A model generated the notes under the pieces. That model did not search any database. It was not told the origin of the DNA and worked only from the letters and a program-made list of their open reading frames with translations. From the NCBI RefSeq assembly GCF_039654945.1, contig NW_027361872.1:4712001-4776000 (forward strand): a DNA stretch of 64,000 bases, in the 5' to 3' direction. Positions 52,373 through 64,000 of this stretch are shown piece after piece. The position numbers were made by a program, and so were the translations under genes. This DNA comes from Dendrobates tinctorius (Eukaryota). Every line of letters starts with the position of its first letter. The first letter of the stretch is position 1.

Positions 52373-55300
52373 ATGGACCCCGCCGGTGCCGTGGCTGCTA
52401 CGCAGAAGGAGCTGCTTTTCTTACGAGAAAATCAGACCCGGATTATGTCCTTTATGAAATCCATGGACACCCGGCTTTCCGCCCTGCAAACCACTGACCC
52501 AGGGCATGCTCCTCTCTTAGCGGCCGCTTCAACCCTACCCCGGGATGCAGTTTCGTCTCCGCCTCCTCGTCTGGGAAAGCCTCCCAGGTATTTGCGGGGA
52601 TCCTAAGTTATGTCCTAAGTTATGTCGGGGTTTCTTAAACCAGTGCAGACTGCGCTTTGAGCTTCTGCCCCAACAGTACCCCACAGATCGCGCCAAGGTG
52701 GCGTTTATAGTGTCCCATCTCGAGGGAGAGGCTTTGGCCTGGGTGAATCCTTTGTGGGAGCGGGATGATCCTGTAATTTCCAGTATCCAGAATTTTCTGG
52801 AGATATTCCGCAAGGTTTTTGATGAACCCGGATGCTTAGCTTCTACTACGGAGGCCCTTTTTAATCTCCGCTAGGGTTCCCTTACTGTAGGACAGCACGC
52901 CATCCGCTTTCGGACACTGTCTTCGGAGCTGGTATGGAATAACGAGGCACTGGTGGATGCCTTTTGGAGAAGCCTCTCTAGCAAAATCAAGGACGAGCTT
53001 GCCGGGTGTGACACCCCCACCACCCTGGAGGACCTCATATCCCTGGCTACTCGTATAGATCTTCGCTTTTTGGAACGTGCTCGAGAGTCAGCTAGGGAGA
53101 GAAGGCCCTTTAGGCTGTATCAAGCTCCCATTCCCCGTTCCTCTGCACCCTCTGCTAGCGCCACTCCCGAGCCCATGCAGATAGATCGTATCAGGTTATC
53201 CGAGCAGCGGCGCAGGGAGAGGATGACGAATGGTCTCTGTCTGTACTGCGGTGGAGCCAATCACTTTGTGCGCACCTGTCCTGAGAAATCGAGAAACGCC
53301 TCCACCTAGGCCAGGTAAGAGAGGTCTCCCTAGGTGATCATAATTCCTCTCTTCCCCTTACCCTTTCAGCTTTAATTATTGCAGGTTGGGAGCGTAGATC
53401 TGTGGAGGCTTATGTGGATTCGGGTGCGGCTGGTAATTTCATTCGTCAAAAAGAGGTTGATAAACTCCAGATCCCAGTGGTCATCCTAAAAAACCCGCGT
53501 GCGATTTCCTCCGTCGATGGTAAACCACTGCCTGAGCTCATCACCATGGTGACTGCCGAAGTGGACCTACAAATTGGAGCGCTCCATCTCGAGAAGATAG
53601 CTTTTTATGTCCTGCCTCGATTATCCCATGCTGTTCTCCTTGGATTACCCTGGCTCAGTCTGCATGAGCCAGTTGTCGACTGGCGCTCAGGGGAGATTCT
53701 GCGTTGGGGTGACTCTTGCCATGAACGCTGTCTGCGGGCCATCGTCCATCCTCGTTCTTTGCCTAGGCCAGTCGACTTCCCGGGCCTTCCTGTGCCGTAT
53801 CACGCCTATGCCGATGTTTTTAGCAAAAAGGAAGCGGATTCCCTACCTCCGCATCGGGCCTATGACTGCCCTATCGACCTAATCCCCGGAGCCACCCCTC
53901 CCAGAGGGAGAACATATCCTCTTTCCCCAGCAGAGACCACGGCCATGACAGAATACATACAGGAAAACTTGGCCGAGGGTTTCATCCGGAAATCCTCCTC
54001 CCCTGCTGGTGCGGGTTTTTTCTTTGTACGGAAGAAAGACAGATTACTTCGTTCATGTATTGACTACCAGGGCCTGAACAATATCACTATTAAGAATCGG
54101 TATCTGCTTCCGCTTGTCCCTGAACTCTTTGACCAGCTTAGGGGAGCTCGAATCTTCACGAAGTTGGATCTGCGGGGCGCTTACAATTGAATCCGGATCC
54201 GCGCAGGGGGCGAGTGGAAGACTGCCTTCCATAGCCGTTATGGTCATTATGAATATTTAGTCATGCTGTTTGGTCTCTGCAATGCTCCGGCTGTATTTCA
54301 GGAATTTGTTAACGAGGTGTTTCGGGATCTACTGTATTCCTGTGTGGTGGTGTACTTAGATGATATTCTCATCTTCTCGCCCGATTTATCCTCTCATCGG
54401 AGAAGTGTACGCGTGGTCCTGCATCGGCTTCGGGAGAATCGTCTCTACACAAAAATTGAAAAGTGTCTCTTTGAGCAAACTTCGTTACCCTTTTTGGGAT
54501 ACATTATCTGAAGATGGATCCAGAGAAGCTTTCTGCGGTACTCAAGTGGCCTTGTCCCGTTGGTATAAAAGCTATCCAGCGCTTCCTCGGATTCGCTAAT
54601 TACTACCGACAGTGTGTTCCTCATTTTTCCACAGTGACCAAGCCCATCAAGGCCCTGACCCATAAAGGAACTAAGTCTAACAGCTGGTCTCCCGAGGCCA
54701 AAGATGCCTTCCTTGCCCTGAAACACTCCTTTGCATCAGCACCGGTCTTACATCACCCAGTGGCCAGTAGGCCCTTTATCCTAGGGGTGGATGCCTCCTC
54801 CACCGGAGCTGGGGCGGTTCTTTCTCAGCAGGCACCATCTGGGCGTCTGGTTCCCTGCGGGTTTTTTTGTAAATCCTTTTCGCCTGCAGAGTGCAATTAC
54901 TCCATTGGGGACCGGGAGTTACTGGCCATTAAGATGGCTCTGGAAGAATGGCGGTATCTACTCGAAGGGGCAGTGCACCCCTTTACTATCTTCACGGACC
55001 ATAAAAATTTGGCCTATCTGCAGTCCGCTCAAAGACTCAATTCCAGACAAGCCAGATGGGCCCTGTATTTCTCTCGTTTTGATTTCAAGCTAGATTTCTG
55101 ACCCGGGAATAAGAACATCAAAGCAGATGCACTCTCCAGGTCTTTGCAGTCGCCTGAGGGGGATGAGGGTCCATCATATATCATCGAGCCTGCCAAAGTT
55201 ATCACCGTGGCTCCTTTAAGTTTCTCTACTCCTCCACCAGGCAAAACCTTCGTTCCTCAGAACAAACGGTCGGAGGTGCTGCGCTGAGGGCATTCCTCCA

Positions 55301-56910
55301 AGGTTGCCGGGCACGTTGGGACCAAGAAGACGCTCCTGCTTCTCTCTCATTACTATTGATGGCCCTCCCTTCGCCGAGATGTGATGGACTTTGTAGCCTT
55401 CTACACCCGTTACCTGCTCCGGAGGCCCCTTGGCGGCAAATCGCAATGGATTTCATGACAGATCTGCCTTGCTCGGCTGGATGCACTACCATCCCAGTCG
55501 TAGCAGATCGCTTCTCTAAGAGGACCCATTTCATACCCTTGTCCAGGTTGCCATCTGTTTCGAAGTTGGCCGAGATTTTCATCCATCAGATCTTCAGGCT
55601 GCATGGCCTTCCTCAGCAGATTGTTTCAGATCGTGGAGTCCAGTTCCTCAGAACAAATGCTCGGAGGTGCTGCGCTGAGGGCATTCCTCCAAGGTTGCCG
55701 GGCACGTTGGGACCAAGAAGACGCTCCTGCTTCTCTCCCATTACTATTGGTGGCCCTCCCTTCGCCGAGACGTGATGGACTTTGTAGCCTCTTGCACGAT
55801 CTGTGCTCAGAACAAGGTGCCGAGAAGCCTGCCTGCTGGCCTTCTACACCCGTTACCTGCTCCGGAGGCCCCTTGGTGGCAAATCGCAATGGATTTCGTG
55901 ACAGATCTGCCTTGCTCGGCTGGATGCACTACCATCCCAGTCGTAGCAGATCGCTTCTCTAAGATGACCCATTTCATACCCTTGTCCAGGTTGCCATCTG
56001 CTTCGAAGTTGGCCGAGATTTTCATCCACCAGATCTTCAGGCTGCATGGCCTTCCTCAGCGGATTGTTTCAGATCGTGGAGTCCAGTTTACCTCTCGATT
56101 CTGGAGGGCTCTCTGTCGGCTTATGGGCACATCTCTCGACTTCTCCTCCGCTTATCATCCACAGACCAACGGGCAAGTGGAACGGATTAATCAAGTTCTG
56201 ACAACCTACTTACGTCTCTTTTCCAACGCCCATCAGGACAATTGGGTCTCACTCCTACCTTGGGCTGAATTTGCCCATAATAATCATCCCAGTGAATCAA
56301 CCGCCAAGTCGCCATTTTTTGTGGTCTCAGGTCAGAACCGTGGTGTTCCGCTGCCTTTTTCCTCATTGTCCGGAGTTCCCACAGCAGATGCTCTCGCCAT
56401 GAAATTTTCACAAGTTTGGAAAGAGACCAGGGAGGCTGTCGTGAATGCCAGTGCCCGGATTAAGAAACATGCGGACAAAAGACGCAAGGACCTTCCTCCA
56501 TACCATACTGGTGACAAAGTCTGGCTTTTGACCAAGCATATCCGCCTGAAGGTCCCTTCTTACAAGTTGAGTCCCCGATACATCGGACCTTTCGAAGTAC
56601 TAGGACGCATCAATGAGGTGGCTTATAAACTGAGGTTGCCGGCTTCACTCCGGGTCCCTAACGCCTTTCATGTCTCGCTCCTGAAACCTGTGGTTCTTAA
56701 TCGGTTTCAACCAGCTCCCATCGCTTCCCCTTCGCCAATTGCGTCAGATGACGTTTTTCAAGTTAAGGACATTTTGGCCATGAAAAGAGTCAGGGGAAAG
56801 ACACTTTTTCTTATCGATTGGAAAGGATTTGGTCCCGAAGAAAGATCCTGGGAGCCTCGAGAGAATGTTAATGCCCCTCTTATCCTGAAAAAATTTTTGG
56901 CCAATCTCAG
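52373..56910 (+). pseudogene. gag-pol pseudogene (CCHC Gag, protease, RT, RNase H, integrase, chromodomain)
   Basis: [82 protein letters not shown]; multiple stops, frameshifts and an internal duplication. Confidence 0.93.
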
Positions 56911-57024
56911 GCGCGTGCCCGACCGCTCTCTTCACTCGGAGGGGGGCGTCGCTGAGGGGCAGGGCCTTGGTGATCCACTTCCAGGTATAAGGCATTTCAG
57001 GCGTCTTCCTTAAAGGGAAGACGC

Positions 57025-57624
57025 TGTCATGTCGGACACTGTTCACACCAGGGTGTCCGGCAGACAGCGGTAATACCCTATTCCACTACAGTATGCTCAG
57101 GGACTTTGTTGGGTATTCTGTTCCAGTCGGGATAGGGTTAACCAGGTTGTCATGCTGGCTGAGGGCTTGGCCACGCCCTTGGTCTTTAAATAGTCCTTCC
57201 TGACTATGGGCGTCGCCGACTATAGCTTTTGCCTAGTGCTAGCAATACCGGTCAGCAGTAGTGGTTTTGGAGCGTCTGATATCTGGTGCAGTATATCTCT
57301 CAGTTGTTCTTTCTCCTATCTGTTATATATATATATTTGGTTGCCCTTGCACATTATTGTATTCCCTGGTGTATTTACGGTGTGGTGTTTCTTTTACCCC
57401 TGTCCATACGTATTTGTGGGGTCTGGTGTCTGGTCCCCTCACTGGGTGGAGGGTGGTGGGTTCAGCTTAGGGCTGGACAGGAGACAGGGACAGGGTGGAG
57501 GCCCAGGCAGGCACACCTTCAGTTTAAACCCTGGGTTGAGGGACAGACAGGGTTTTCCCTAGTCTGAGGGACACCGCAGGGGCCCCGGGGTTTTAGCCTA
57601 AAGTTACCTAGGCATACCATGACA
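57025..57624 (+). mobile_element. Solo LTR nested in the 3' LTR of the Gypsy element
   Basis: TGTCATG...CATGACA; TSD GACGC. Confidence 0.9.
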
Positions 57625-58329
57625 GACGCCTGGTAATTGTGTGGTTCTCCTGTACTGTTCTGGCCGCTACAGTACTACTATAGTTCTCTAGTCTGGTCTT
57701 TTCCTTGTTTCCTGTCAGCCTTGTCTCAGCCTTCGGTCCATTTCCGTCCCTCTTGTCTGCCTCCACCTAGTCCTGTCCGTGCTACCTCCTGTCTATCGTC
57801 TGGTGTCCTTGCCCCTTGCCTATTTCTTGTCTTGCTGGCTCCCGTCCTCTGCCCGTCCTTGCTATTCCTGTCCCTGGGGCTTCCACGTCTGCCTTCCCTC
57901 GCCTTCTGTGCCTCACTCTCCTGCTGCTCCTTTTGGTATCCTTCCTCCTCCGGTACCCCCTGCTCAGGTACCCTAGACTCTGTCCTGCATTCCAGGTCGT
58001 CTGTATCCCTACTCGTCCTTCGAGCCGTCCCTCTTGGTTCCGGCTGTCGCGGTTCTGACCCCTGCGGTCCTGTCCCTAACAATCCCTGTGTAGGGGTCGG
58101 TTATCACCTGGCGTGCTCGGCCCGGGGGCTCCAGATCCGCGATCCAGAGGGTCCACTCCTGGACATTGTCCGCTCCTGATCATCACAATAATAGAGATGA
58201 GCAGATATTTTGAAATTCACATTCGCCAAATTTTCCCCTAAAAATCATTTTGAAGTGAATAAATTCGCACGAATGTCAATACTGGAAAGCTTCTAATTGC
58301 TCCGAAAATGCACGTTGGAGTAAGGAGAG

Positions 58330-58790
58330 GGAGAGGACCATACTGAGCATAAGAGCTTACACTCTGCAGGTGAGACAGAACTCCACTAACGATAAGAGCT
58401 TACACTTTCCAGGAGGGAGAAAAGACTCCACTGACCATAAGAGATTACACTTTCTAGGCAAGAGAGAAATGACTCCGATGACCATAAGAGATTACACTTT
58501 CCAGGCAAGAGAGAAAGGACTCTACTGACCATAAAAGCATACACTTTCCAGGCAAGACAGAGAAGACCCCACTGACCACAAGAGCTTACACTTTACAGGA
58601 GAGATAGGACCATGCTGATCATAAAAGCTTACACTCTACAGGTGAGAAAGGACCTCACTGACCATATGAGATTACATTCTACAGGAGATATAGAGGACCC
58701 CACTAACCAAAAGAACTTACACTTTACAGGAGAGAGAACAAAGACCCCACTGATCATAAGAGGTTATACTTTAAAGAAGAGAGAGACTTA
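58330..58790. repeat. ~43-bp minisatellite within a TAGAGATGAGC-type (hAT-like) element starting at 58192
   Basis: Tandem CACTGACCATAAGAG(C/A)TTACACTTTCCAGG units. Confidence 0.8.
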
Positions 58791-59124
58791 ACCAGTGACT
58801 CTGGGGATGGAAAACGAGTTTACAAAATGTGCTCTTCTAGCAACCACTAATCTGTGATTGCTGATGTACTGACCTCTGCAGATCAAACCACTCATCACTT
58901 TTGGATACCAAAATTTATAAGACCTTGACAACTTTTTCAAAGTTTTTTCAATTTCTCAAGACTCCAGGGCTCTGTCTGAAGACAAAGCATCTTGGACTAA
59001 GGATGCCTGCAGAAGAGCATATGGAAAATCGTACAAGTTTAAATTTTACGCTTTTCATTTGCTGCACAAATAAAGTGTTGACTTCATTCAGAGAATGAGC
59101 ACGATAATGCGAAACCAAATATAT

Positions 59125-59912
59125 TACAACAAAAATTTCCCAAGTTCAGCTACATGGAAAAAATGAAGAGATCCCATGATATAAAATCACAATTTTTATT
59201 CAATTATACAATAAAATCCATTTAGTAAAAAAGCAAAATGCCGTATGAAGGACGCTGGAGCACAAAATATTAGACAATGGCTTAACAATAAACAATCAGA
59301 TCATAATATAAGCAAATTGAAAATGGCATTCCTCCCAATACAAGGAATATATTAATTATTAATGTATTAATGCTTCAGATAATATATTACAACAAAAAGT
59401 GTCAAAAATTAAGCCAAAATAGGACATATAATAAAGCCTAGATGGTATATAAAGTCAAAAAATTCTTGCTCAAACCACGGTAAACATTACACTAATTATG
59501 ATGCGGCCCCAAGAGATGTAACACAATTGCTACCATAACTCCCGCGCATAACACTAAAAGATTTCAAATGGAATAATTACCATTATAATTCCACAATAAG
59601 GCCCACAATGACAAACGTGTAAGAAAATGTGTATTACCGCTGAATGGAGACTCGTGCTCACGGCGTCCTCTCACCCCGACGCGCGTTTCGCCGCCTGCTT
59701 CTTCCGGGAAGAAGTCATTGTCTAATATTTTGTGCTCCAGCGTCCTTCATACGGCATTTTGCTTTTTTACTAAATGGATTTTATTGTATAATTGAATAAA
59801 AATTGTGATTTTATATCATGGGATCTCTTCATTTTTTCCATGTAGCTGAACTTGGGACATTTTTGTTGTAATGTTGTGTGAAGTGCCCAGTTGCACTTAG
59901 CAGGACTTTGTT
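59125..59912. mobile_element. Penelope-like insertion with inverted pseudo-LTR, 40-nt tail and hammerhead motif
   Basis: 157-bp arms 59123-59279 and 59716-59872 (one mismatch seen); 14-bp TSD GAAACCAAATATAT at 59111 and 59913; minus-strand hammerhead-like motif at 59674-59708. Confidence 0.75.
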
Positions 59913-59998
59913 GAAACCAAATATATGTAGTTTTATTTATATTTTATGACTTTTATGCAATAAAAAAATCATTAATTTTTGTGCCGCCTTACTCTTAG

Positions 59999-60614
59999 AG
60001 GGAATCTGTCACCCTTTTTTTGCCCTATGAGCTGCAGGCATTGACATCAGGGGCTTATCTACAGCATTCTGTAATCCTGTAGATAAGCCCCCTGTTGTAA
60101 TCTGAAAGAGAAGAAAAACACGTTAGCTTATACTCACCATTGGGGGTGGTTCAGTCCGATGGGTGTCGCGGTCCGGTCCGACGCCTCCCATCTTCATACG
60201 ATGCCATCCTCTTCTTCCCTTCCTGTAGTGGCTCCGATGCAGATGCACTGCTCTGCCCTCTTGAGGGCAGAGCAGAATACTGCAGTGCGCAGGCGCCGGA
60301 CCTCTCTGGCCTTTCCCGACGCCTGCGCACTGTAGGACTCTGCTCTGCCCTCAACAGGGTAGAGCAGTGCACCTGCGCCGGAGCCACTACAGGAAGGGAA
60401 GAAGAGGACGGCATCGTATGAAGATGGGAGGTGCCGGACTGGACCACGACACCCATCGGACCGGATCGCCTCCTCCGGTGAGTATAATGTAACATGTTTT
60501 TCTTATCTTTCAGGTTACATCGGGGCTTATCTACAGCATTACAGAATGCTGTGCATAAGCCCCTGATGTTAATGCCGGCAGCTGATAGTCGAAAAAAGGG
60601 GTGACAGATTCCCT
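59999..60614. mobile_element. Long palindromic T2-type MITE
   Basis: AGGGAATCTGTCACC...GGTGACAGATTCCCT with ~300-bp arms; degenerate TTAA flanks. Confidence 0.85.
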
Positions 60615-61009
60615 ATAAAAGCAATATGTTTAATATTATTCTGTCAATGGAGCTGTTTGAGGCCTTATTTATGTTTTTTTAACAAGTTGTAGTTTTCTAC
60701 CATTTTTGGTACATGCCACATATTGATCACATTTTATTCCATTTCTTTGTAGTCAACATTAACAAAACATGCAATTCTGGCAATTACTCTATTGTTACAA
60801 TTTTGGGACATACAAATTTTTGATAATTTTTTATTTCACGGTAGAGTGGAATGAACTGAAATGGCAATTCTGGAGTTGTTTTTCATATTTTTACTTTGCA
60901 ACATTCACCATACGGGATAAATGAGGTATTTTTTGTATAGATTTGGCCATTCCAAATATTAGTTTTTTTGGCACATTTGTTTTTTATTAAATCAACAACT
61001 TATGTTTAA

Positions 61010-61591
61010 CCCCTTTGCGCCACAGCCCTTTTTATGTTTTTGCATTTCTGATTTTCGCTCCCCTTCTTTCTAGAGCTATAACTTTTTTTTTTTCCATCAA
61101 TATGGCCATGTGAGGGCTTGTTTTTTGCAGGATGAGTTGTACTTTTGAACGACACCATTGGTATTACCATATCATGTACTCAAAAATGGTAAATAAATTC
61201 CAAGTGAGGTGAAATTGCAAAAAAGTGCAATTCTACAACTATTTTTTTGATTTTTTTACCATGTTCACCAATTGCTAAAACTGACCATCCATTATGATTC
61301 TCTAGGTCATTACGAGTTCATAGACACCAAAGATGTCTAGGTTCTTTTATATTTAAGTGGTGAAAAAAAATCCAACGTTTGTTAAAAAGAAAAAAAAATT
61401 GCGTCATTTTCCGAGATCCGTAGCATCTCCATTTTTCTAGATCTTGAGTTGGGTGATGGCTTATTTTTTTGTTCAGAACAGTTCAAAACAGCTGACATGT
61501 GCTGGGAAAGATGTGGGCTCACCACCGGAGCCCACATTAAAGGGGGAGACACAACATGTGCCGTACTAGTACGGCACATGTCGTAAAGGGG
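61010..61591. mobile_element. Non-autonomous piggyBac-like element, sharing its TTAA with an adjacent T2-type MITE (61596-62010)
   Basis: TTAA|CCCCTTT...AAAGGGG|TTAA; subterminal perfect palindrome ACATGTGCCGTACTAGTACGGCACATGT. Confidence 0.65.
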
Positions 61592-63009
61592 TTAAAGCAC
61601 CATTCCAACGGTGGTGTTACTAATCTAAGTTTCCTGTCCCTAGTCTCATACTTACCAGTCGTCATCTTCATTTGTTTTCTATGCCGTGCCGGATGTCTTC
61701 TGCAGGTTGTGACCTGCTGGATCGCTCCAGTATTGAGAGATTCAAAAGTCACAACTCATCACAACTCAATGTAAGCCTATGAGGGCCAGAACGAGGCCAG
61801 AATGATGCCCACTTAGACTGACATTGAGAGCTTGTGACCGTTACCTTTGACTTCCGGTCAGACAGAAGTTGCGGTTACATGATCGCAGCATGAGACCGGA
61901 GCGATGCTGGGAAGAACAGAAGATGATGGCTGGTAAGAACATTACTAGGGTTAGAGACCTTAGATTAATAGCACCACTCCAGGGCAGAAAAAAAATCTCT
62001 GAAGTGGTGCTTAAAAAAAAAAGATTTTTATTTCCATTTTTTTTAAATAAACAGTTAAAACATTTTTTACAGTATTTTTTAATCCCACAAGGTGACTTGA
62101 ACATGTGATCCCTTGATCTCAGATAATAACCTGCACTACTTATATAGTGCAGAGCATTATTAATCATATCAGTGTGCTTCAGACAGGCTGCCTAATAAAC
62201 CATGTCTTAGGCACAGTCTATTAGGATTTGATCTATGGTAGGCCCGGAGGCCATTGTAAGGCCTTCACTTGCCATAGCAACAGTTGGCATACTGCAATCG
62301 CATTATGGAGAGCAGATGTACTCAAAGAGGGAGCGATCTTCCTGTGTCACACTCCTTACATGCAGTAGTGATTATTGACAGCACTGTTATATCTCTGTTA
62401 GCTCATGGAGCTGAATCCTGTTAGGCAGTGGTAGGTCCAGTATCATGATCCCAGGTTGAAAAGTATTGTCTTTTCATGTTCCAGTAGAAAGTGGTTAGTA
62501 TACAGTAAGGATAGATTATAGTAGGAGATTAAGACCTAACTTTTAATCTAAATGACTAAAAACAGGGGAAACATATATTTGGACAAACCATCCCACAACA
62601 AATGTAATAAATACAAAGTGCTCAAAAATCACCAGTGCACATGAATGAAAAATTGGTTTGATGTCCAAGCCATCCATAATCACAGGAAAAAGGAGGGGTA
62701 TAAGGGACTAGTGAGTTACCTTGTCATGCCCTGTGTGAGTCTACCGTCCTAACAAGGACAGTCCCCAAGTATGGTACTGTCCTAAAGAATGTCCCTTTAT
62801 TCCCCCCACTACCTTTAGACTGATAGGATTTCTTCTTCTCGAGCACCCCAATGGAAAGAAGCACGTCCATTAGGATGTGAAAAGTCAATGAGATGACGAG
62901 ACGGGTTAATGTATATTTCTTCTGTCCATTAGAATTTTATAAGCTGTGTCTGCAGAAAAGTCTATAAAACTACAAGTTACAGAATTTTATGGTAAAGTAA
63001 ATATCTTAC

Positions 63010-63084
63010 AAGTATTTTAGTTTTGGTAGGTTTCCAAAGGCTCCGCGTCCAATATGGACCAGGTGTTTTGTGTTTCTGATTGTT
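63010..63084 (-). CDS. LHCGR: LHCGR exon 4 (LRR ectodomain)
   Basis: 75 nt, flanked by ttttag and gtaaga; reads TIRNTKHLVHIGRGAFGNLPKLKY(L), comparable to human [25 protein letters not shown] (recalled); phase 2-2. Confidence 0.9.
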
Positions 63085-63519
63085 CTAAAATTAGAAGACA
63101 AAAAAATTAATATAATATTATATTTAGGTTAGACCTCAAATGGATACATGCGATATTGAAAGGGGAGTCCAAGATTAAGTAGGTCTACATTGGCCATGTT
63201 ACTCGATATATACTAATATTCTTATACCTTGTACATTTTTATCAAACATTTGCTTACTTTAATTTTTCTTAGCTCCCCCCAGCTTGCTCAATATATTGTA
63301 CAGCTCCACAAAGTAGCTAATGAAGCTAACCTCCTCATAAGGCCACTTCCAGTAGCAGATCTGGCACAATGCAATACAGCTTCTGATCTACTGAACAAAG
63401 CGGTCACATTACATATATAGGAAGAGACCTCTCAGTTTAGCTGAGTGGGTGAGCAAATTCTGTCATGGGCACACCTCTTGGACTGGTGGTGATCTCATGC
63501 CCAGCCGCACCTTCAACTG

Positions 63520-64000
63520 CAGTGGGGAAAATAAGTATTTGATACACTGCCGATTTTGCAAGTTTTCCTACCTACTGGTGCCTTCTCACTAAGCTGCTTG
63601 CCTATTTTCCTGTAGCCCATCCCAGCCTTGTCTACAATTTCGTTCCAGGTGTCCTTAAACAGCTCTTTGGTCTTGGCCATGGTGGAGAGATTGGAGAGTG
63701 ATTAATTGTGTGAACTCGTTACCTGTATAAAAGACACCTGTCCAAACAGGTGCAGTTAATCCAGGTAATGAGTGCAGAGTAGGAGGGCTTCTTAAAGAAA
63801 AACGAACAGGTCTGTGAGAGCCAGAAGTCTTGCTGGTTTGTGGGTGAGCAAATACTCATGCAATAAAATGCAATTTAATTATTTAAAATCATACAATGTC
63901 ATTTTCTGCTTTTTATTTTTAGATTCTCCCAGTTGAAGTGTACCTATGATAAACCTCTCCATTATTTCTAGCTGGGAAAACTTGCAAAATTGTCACTGTA
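63520..64000 (-). mobile_element. Internally deleted Tc1, running off the window end
   Basis: CAGTGGGGAAAATAAGTATTTG TIR; [16 protein letters not shown]-like start on the minus strand. Confidence 0.75.

Larger units (their letters stand above)
51582..58187 (+). mobile_element. Decayed full-length chromovirus-type Ty3/Gypsy retrotransposon
   Basis: TSD ATAAT; 5' LTR 51582-52359; 3' LTR 5'-truncated (~56910-58187) and interrupted; gag-PR-RT-RH-IN-chromo order. Confidence 0.95.

Overview
Vertebrate genomic DNA, most likely a frog (inferred from the transposon content). The host gene is the luteinizing hormone/choriogonadotropin receptor (LHCGR) on the minus strand. Six LRR-coding exons (4-9) are found at 63010-63084, 33589-33663, 22074-22151, 16470-16538, 13490-13564 and 11357-11542, all with GT-AG, phase-2 introns. 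Exons 1-3 and 10-11 were not found. The introns are mostly nested transposable elements: an apparently intact autonomous PIF/Harbinger (1273-6533; spliced DDE transposase plus a 7-exon MADF/BESS-like protein), one intact and several decayed Tc1 elements, a decayed chromovirus-type Ty3/Gypsy (51582-58187), a compact Gag-only LTR element (44794-47770), solo LTRs, L2/RTE/Penelope fragments, many MITEs, and minisatellite-filled hAT- and Helitron-like elements. The most notable signals are: (i) both two-LTR elements show tRNA-independent Tf1/sushi-type self-priming architecture; (ii) a stop-free Gag-integrase zinc finger-chromo-stub ORF in the mini-element; (iii) the intact Harbinger, whose transposase acceptor is in frame with the LHCGR exon 9 donor; (iv) Penelope-type inverted insertions carrying minimal hammerhead-ribozyme motifs. 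All coordinates were read by eye; no database searches were run.
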